64,000 nt of DNA. Source: Callorhinchus milii (lineage: Eukaryota). The position numbers and the translations under genes were made by a program. Below the pieces are notes generated by a model. The model was not told the DNA's origin. It did not search any database and saw only the letters and a list, made by a program, of their open reading frames with translations. The number at the start of each line of letters is the position of its first letter. Within the stretch, counting starts at the first letter, position 1. Of this stretch, positions 60,054-64,000 are shown piece after piece. The stretch spans positions 62,498,001 through 62,562,000 of the forward strand of contig NW_024704743.1 of assembly GCF_018977255.1 (NCBI RefSeq). The letters are read 5' to 3'.

Positions 60054-60161
60054 TAATCCAGTTATTGTCTTGAGGCGATATTCCATCAGTCCATCAGTGA
60101 GACTCTGTGTAACCTTTAGGGCAAAGCTGGCATCACGGTCATTCATTATTTGAAAATGTTG
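60054..60161 (-). CDS. Gene B exon equivalent to gene A exon 24 (108 nt)
   Basis: ttttcag|QHFQIMNDRDASFALKVTQSLTDGLMEYRLKTITGL|gtaagt; same length and phase as A24. Confidence 0.9.
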
Positions 60162-60590
60162 CTGAAAATGTAATGCAGAAACTCATGTTTGCACATACCC
60201 ATTAGTAGTAATTTACAAAATCTGCAACATTGTTAGATCACAAAAATCTGAAGCAAAGTATTATAACATTGATATACATTTTCCTACATCTGAACTCATA
60301 CGTGAATATTAAGCGATTTTTTTTACACAATTGGACAAGCAGCAAGACCACATAACGAATGGCAATTCACCAACTATTATATTGCATTATTCTTCAACAA
60401 AAGCACCGAATAAAAAGCAACAAATCCTGAAACAACTTCAGCTAAAGATCACATTTTAATGAATAAAAATCAGCTCTCCTTCCTCCAAGTCAAAAAATAT
60501 TGCACTTTAGCAAGAAGCATTTTGCATACCCTACTTCTCAACAAATTTTTGTTTTGCTCTTTATCAAACATTAAAAATTATCATACTCAC

Positions 60591-60659
60591 CAAATACTCA
60601 AAAAGTTCCTGGTTTAAATAGGCAGATCTGGAGGAACTTTCTGACTGGTAGGGTTCAAA
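60591..60659 (-). CDS. Gene B exon equivalent to gene A exon 23
   Basis: atacag|FEPYQSESSSRSAYLNQELFEYL|gtgagt; ends ELFEYL versus EFIDYL in gene A, identical donor. Confidence 0.85.
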
Positions 60660-60967
60660 CTGTATTTCCAAGAGAATGAAAAAAGATTAACTCAGGAGTC
60701 AAACAGATGAAATATACCTTTGGACATCAAGGTGACCGTGATAACTACACATTTGGTATCATGGTTTGCACATATTTTTTCAAAAATAGAAAAGTAAAAT
60801 TGCACTTCACAATACAAATTTCTATTTAAATGGACAACAATCAACCAACATTTTTGGCAAATTTTCCTATGTTTCGCAGTTATGCCACTTTTATTTGCAT
60901 TTCTCTGTAGCTGTTGTATAAATTTGTAACAGTATAAAATATAAATTCTACATATATAGTATCCTAC

Positions 60968-61028
60968 CTCATTCTGCATCCAACGATCATCAATATCAGA
61001 ACCTTTGCTGTAAGCATCCTGGCGGTTC
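60968..61028 (-). CDS. Gene B (paralogue of gene A) internal exon, phase 2 to 0
   Basis: tattatatag|G+NRQDAYSKGSDIDDRWMQNE|gtagga on the - strand; same phases as gene A exon 22. Confidence 0.75.
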
Positions 61029-61149
61029 CTATATAATACAAAAAATTGTTGGAAGCCTAAACTTAGTAGGTTTAGAGAAATAATAAATTTGTTCAGAAAA
61101 AATCATGTGTAAATGAGCATACTTTGAAATATTCTAAACAAGAAATAAA

Positions 61150-62530
61150 AATGGTTACATCAAAACACGGTGAGATACCAATAAATAAGGCAAACCGGAT
61201 GCTGGGCTATATTGCTAAATCAGTTGATCTTAGATCCCCAAACATCATACTCAGGCTGTATAGTGCTCTGGCCAATCTGCACCTGGAATACTGTGCACAA
61301 TTCTAGTCACAGTGACAAAAGAGACCTACCAGGACCTAGAGGCAGTTGCAAAGGAGAGCAAGAAGGACGACAAGGATGTCAGAGGAACGAGCTAGAGCAA
61401 TTAGACAAGCTAAAGCTCTTCAGTCTTTAGAAAAGACGTCCCAAAGAGGACTTTATAGAAATGTATAAAATTTTACATGGGATTGAAAAGGTAAACCCAG
61501 AAAATACTTAAAATTATATTGCACCAATGCAGTTGTACGAGGGGATTACAGTAGCAGAGGACAATATCAGGGGAGATACCCAGAAGTTTTTCTTTATCCA
61601 GAGGGTGATCAACAACTAACAGGTTACCAGGAAAGGTAGTTGAGTCCAAGATACTGGACTTANTTTTTTTAAATGGGATGATGGCGGGATGAGATCAGAC
61701 TGTTTGTGGGACACTGCTGTGCGCAATTGGCTGCCGCGTTTCACCCAGAAATATACAGTTGATTCACTTTACAGCAGATTCTGTGAAGCGCTTTGAGATG
61801 TCTAGAAGACATGAAAAGCGCTATACAAATGCAAGGATTATTATTATTATTAGATGGCTGAACTAATCTTGTGATCTTCAGTGGCTTGAGGATGACAGAT
61901 CATAATGGTCTTGGATGGTGGGAACACAGTAATCTAGGGATTCAGATTCACATGATTCTAAAAGTAGCAGCACAGCTGAACAAGGCCATAAATAATGAGA
62001 ATAGAGTCCTTGGCTTTCTCTTGAAGTTAGACCACACATGCAGTATTGTAACATTGGAGAAAATACAGCACAGATTTACAAGAATGTTACCAAGGATGAG
62101 TGGATACAACTATCAAGAAAGACTGAAAGGGTTGAAGCTTTTCTCTACAGCTGAGATGATTGAGAGGGGACCTGATCGAGGTGATAAAGATTATGAAAGG
62201 ATTCGGTGAATACTCATGGGCGGTATCCATTTGTTGGTAAGTCCTAAACAAAAGGGCATAAATGTAAGATCGCTAAGTAGTAGTAGTAGTAGAAGATCTA
62301 AAAGGGAGTTTAGCAAGAACATCTTCACTCAGAGGATGATGGAATTTGAATTCACTGTCAGAAGCTGTAGTTGAAGCAAAAAGCTTGATGCATACGTGAG
62401 GGAGAAAGGAAAGCGCTGCTTAGGAGAGGGAAATAGGAAGGAAGGGACTTCCATGGAGTACAAACACTGGCGTACAATAGGTGGTCCAAACAGTCCATTA
62501 CCATATCATTCTATGTAATTGTATGTAAAA
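61150..62530 (+). mobile_element. CR1 LINE fragments with an intervening SINE tail (61700-61852)
   Basis: KANRMLGYIAKSV..LYSALANLHLEYCAQF; LEKIQHRFTRMLP..YQERLKGLKLFS. Confidence 0.85.
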
Positions 62531-62983
62531 TGTTGGCAGAGTTTCTCCTGGTGTCCTGGCTATCAATCCCCCAAATAAAGTTAATCATTCATCTTGTGGC
62601 TGTTTGTGGGGCGCCGTTGTGGGTAATTGAGCTATTGTGTTCGTTGACAAATATACAGTCGCTCCACTTCACAATAGTAGATTTTGTGAAACACTTTGGG
62701 TTATCTTTTGCGGGACTATGGTGCAAGAGCGGGGGAGTGGGACTAGTTGGTAGCTTTCAAACAGCAGCACAAGCACGATGGGCCTGCTTCTGTGCTATAA
62801 GTTTCTATGATCCCCAATATGATATACCAGATGTAAGGATTATTGTGAAATCATCAACTATGAAGGTTACATCAGCTAAACCCAAGTTAGTTTTCATGTT
62901 GTCTGCTCAGATATTTGAGATGTCTGGAAAACTTGATAAGGTGCTATATCAACTGCAAGGATTATCATTATATATTCCACATG

Positions 62984-63366
62984 CAGTGGAAGCCACTTAA
63001 ATGGGACACACCGAGGCTGGCCGTGTTGTCCATCTTAAGCGGCGTCTGAGGTTAACCAAAGTTCCTATCGCCCAGCAGAGGAGCAGCAGCGCTTCCTCCC
63101 ACCCATTGCCGGTCCCATTGGACAGGAAGGGGACCAATTCACTGTGCCCTCGAGGTGATTGACAGCCTGAATGGTGAATGGCTGGAGTCCGCTATTAATC
63201 AATTTGACCCCTCCCATTTCCATCCCGAACCGCTCTAGACAGGCGACCAGAGCAGCATTTTGTCCAAATTAACTTGCATATTTAAAAGAGCTAAGAATAT
63301 AAATGAATTGGGGCGGGTGTTTTACCTGATTTACCTGGGTAGGTCCGGCTTAAGCGGCTCCCACTG
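62984..63366. mobile_element. TIR MITE (same family, opposite orientation)
   Basis: cagtggaagccacttaa ... ttaagcggctcccactg; interior is the reverse complement of parts of the 37728 and 56822 copies. Confidence 0.78.
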
Positions 63367-63409
63367 TGTTTCATAGAGCAGTGCTCAGGACCTGCAATGC
63401 TGATTCTTG

Positions 63410-64000
63410 CTAAGTACGCAATTGGTTAACCGGAAGAACCCAGAGGGTGGTGGAACAGGGAATGTCATCAGACTGGGAAAATGTTACCAGTGGAGTTCCA
63501 CAAGGGTCTGTTTTGGGACCTCTTGTTTAATATTTTTATAAATGATCTGGAATTAGGAGTCGCAAGCACAGTAGATAAATTTGCAGATTACACCAAGCTA
63601 ACGAAGGTGGTAGATTGTGAAGCTGAACAAGATAGGTTACAGGAGGATTTGAACATACATAGGATATTGGAGAAATCGAGAAGATACAGAGGAGAGGAAC
63701 CAAAATGATTGAGGGAATGGAAGGACTGGACTATGAGGAGCGACTAAGTGAGTTGGCCATGTTCACGCTGGAAAAGAGAAGATTGAGAGGCGACATGATT
63801 ACTGTATTTAAGATTCTAAATGGGCAAGACAATATAGATCATAACAGGCTGTTTCAACTTGTTCAGAATAGTAAAACTAGAGGACAGGGCCTGCGACTGA
63901 AGGGGGTAAATTCAAACAAATCTACGCAAACACTATTTCAATAAGTAAATAGTGAACCAGTGGAAGAGGCAGGAAATCTTGATTCTTTTAAACACAGATT
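63410..64000 (+). mobile_element. CR1 LINE fragment
   Basis: LFNIFINDL..KFADYTKL; YEERLSELAMFTLEKRRLRGDMITVFKIL..TRGQGLRL. Confidence 0.9.

Overview
Vertebrate genomic DNA. The mix of L2, CR1, tRNA/Deu-type SINEs and Penelope remnants suggests a cartilaginous fish (inference). The window holds three genes. (1) The last two coding exons and 3' UTR of CCT5 (+, 498-2220). (2) A complete uncharacterised gene on the + strand (~6.2-52 kb) that I assembled by hand into a frame-consistent model: 1 non-coding and 26 coding exons, 4560 nt CDS, ~1519 aa if all cassettes are used. It has a CpG-rich ETS/CRE promoter, a 2.4 kb minisatellite filling intron 1, a 2.2 kb exon of degenerate ~18-aa repeats, three matrin/U1C-like C2H2 zinc fingers, tandemly duplicated symmetric 48-nt and 84-nt exons, an RS/RD- and SD-rich tract and a conserved helical C-terminal module. 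(3) The 3' end of a paralogue of gene 2 on the - strand (57861-61028), arranged tail-to-tail, sharing exon phases and the C-terminal module. Introns are full of L2/CR1 fragments, two SINE types, a TIR MITE family and a Penelope remnant. Most ORF-track entries are repeat-derived or spurious. Family names come from motif recognition and memory, not from database searches; repeat boundaries are approximate.
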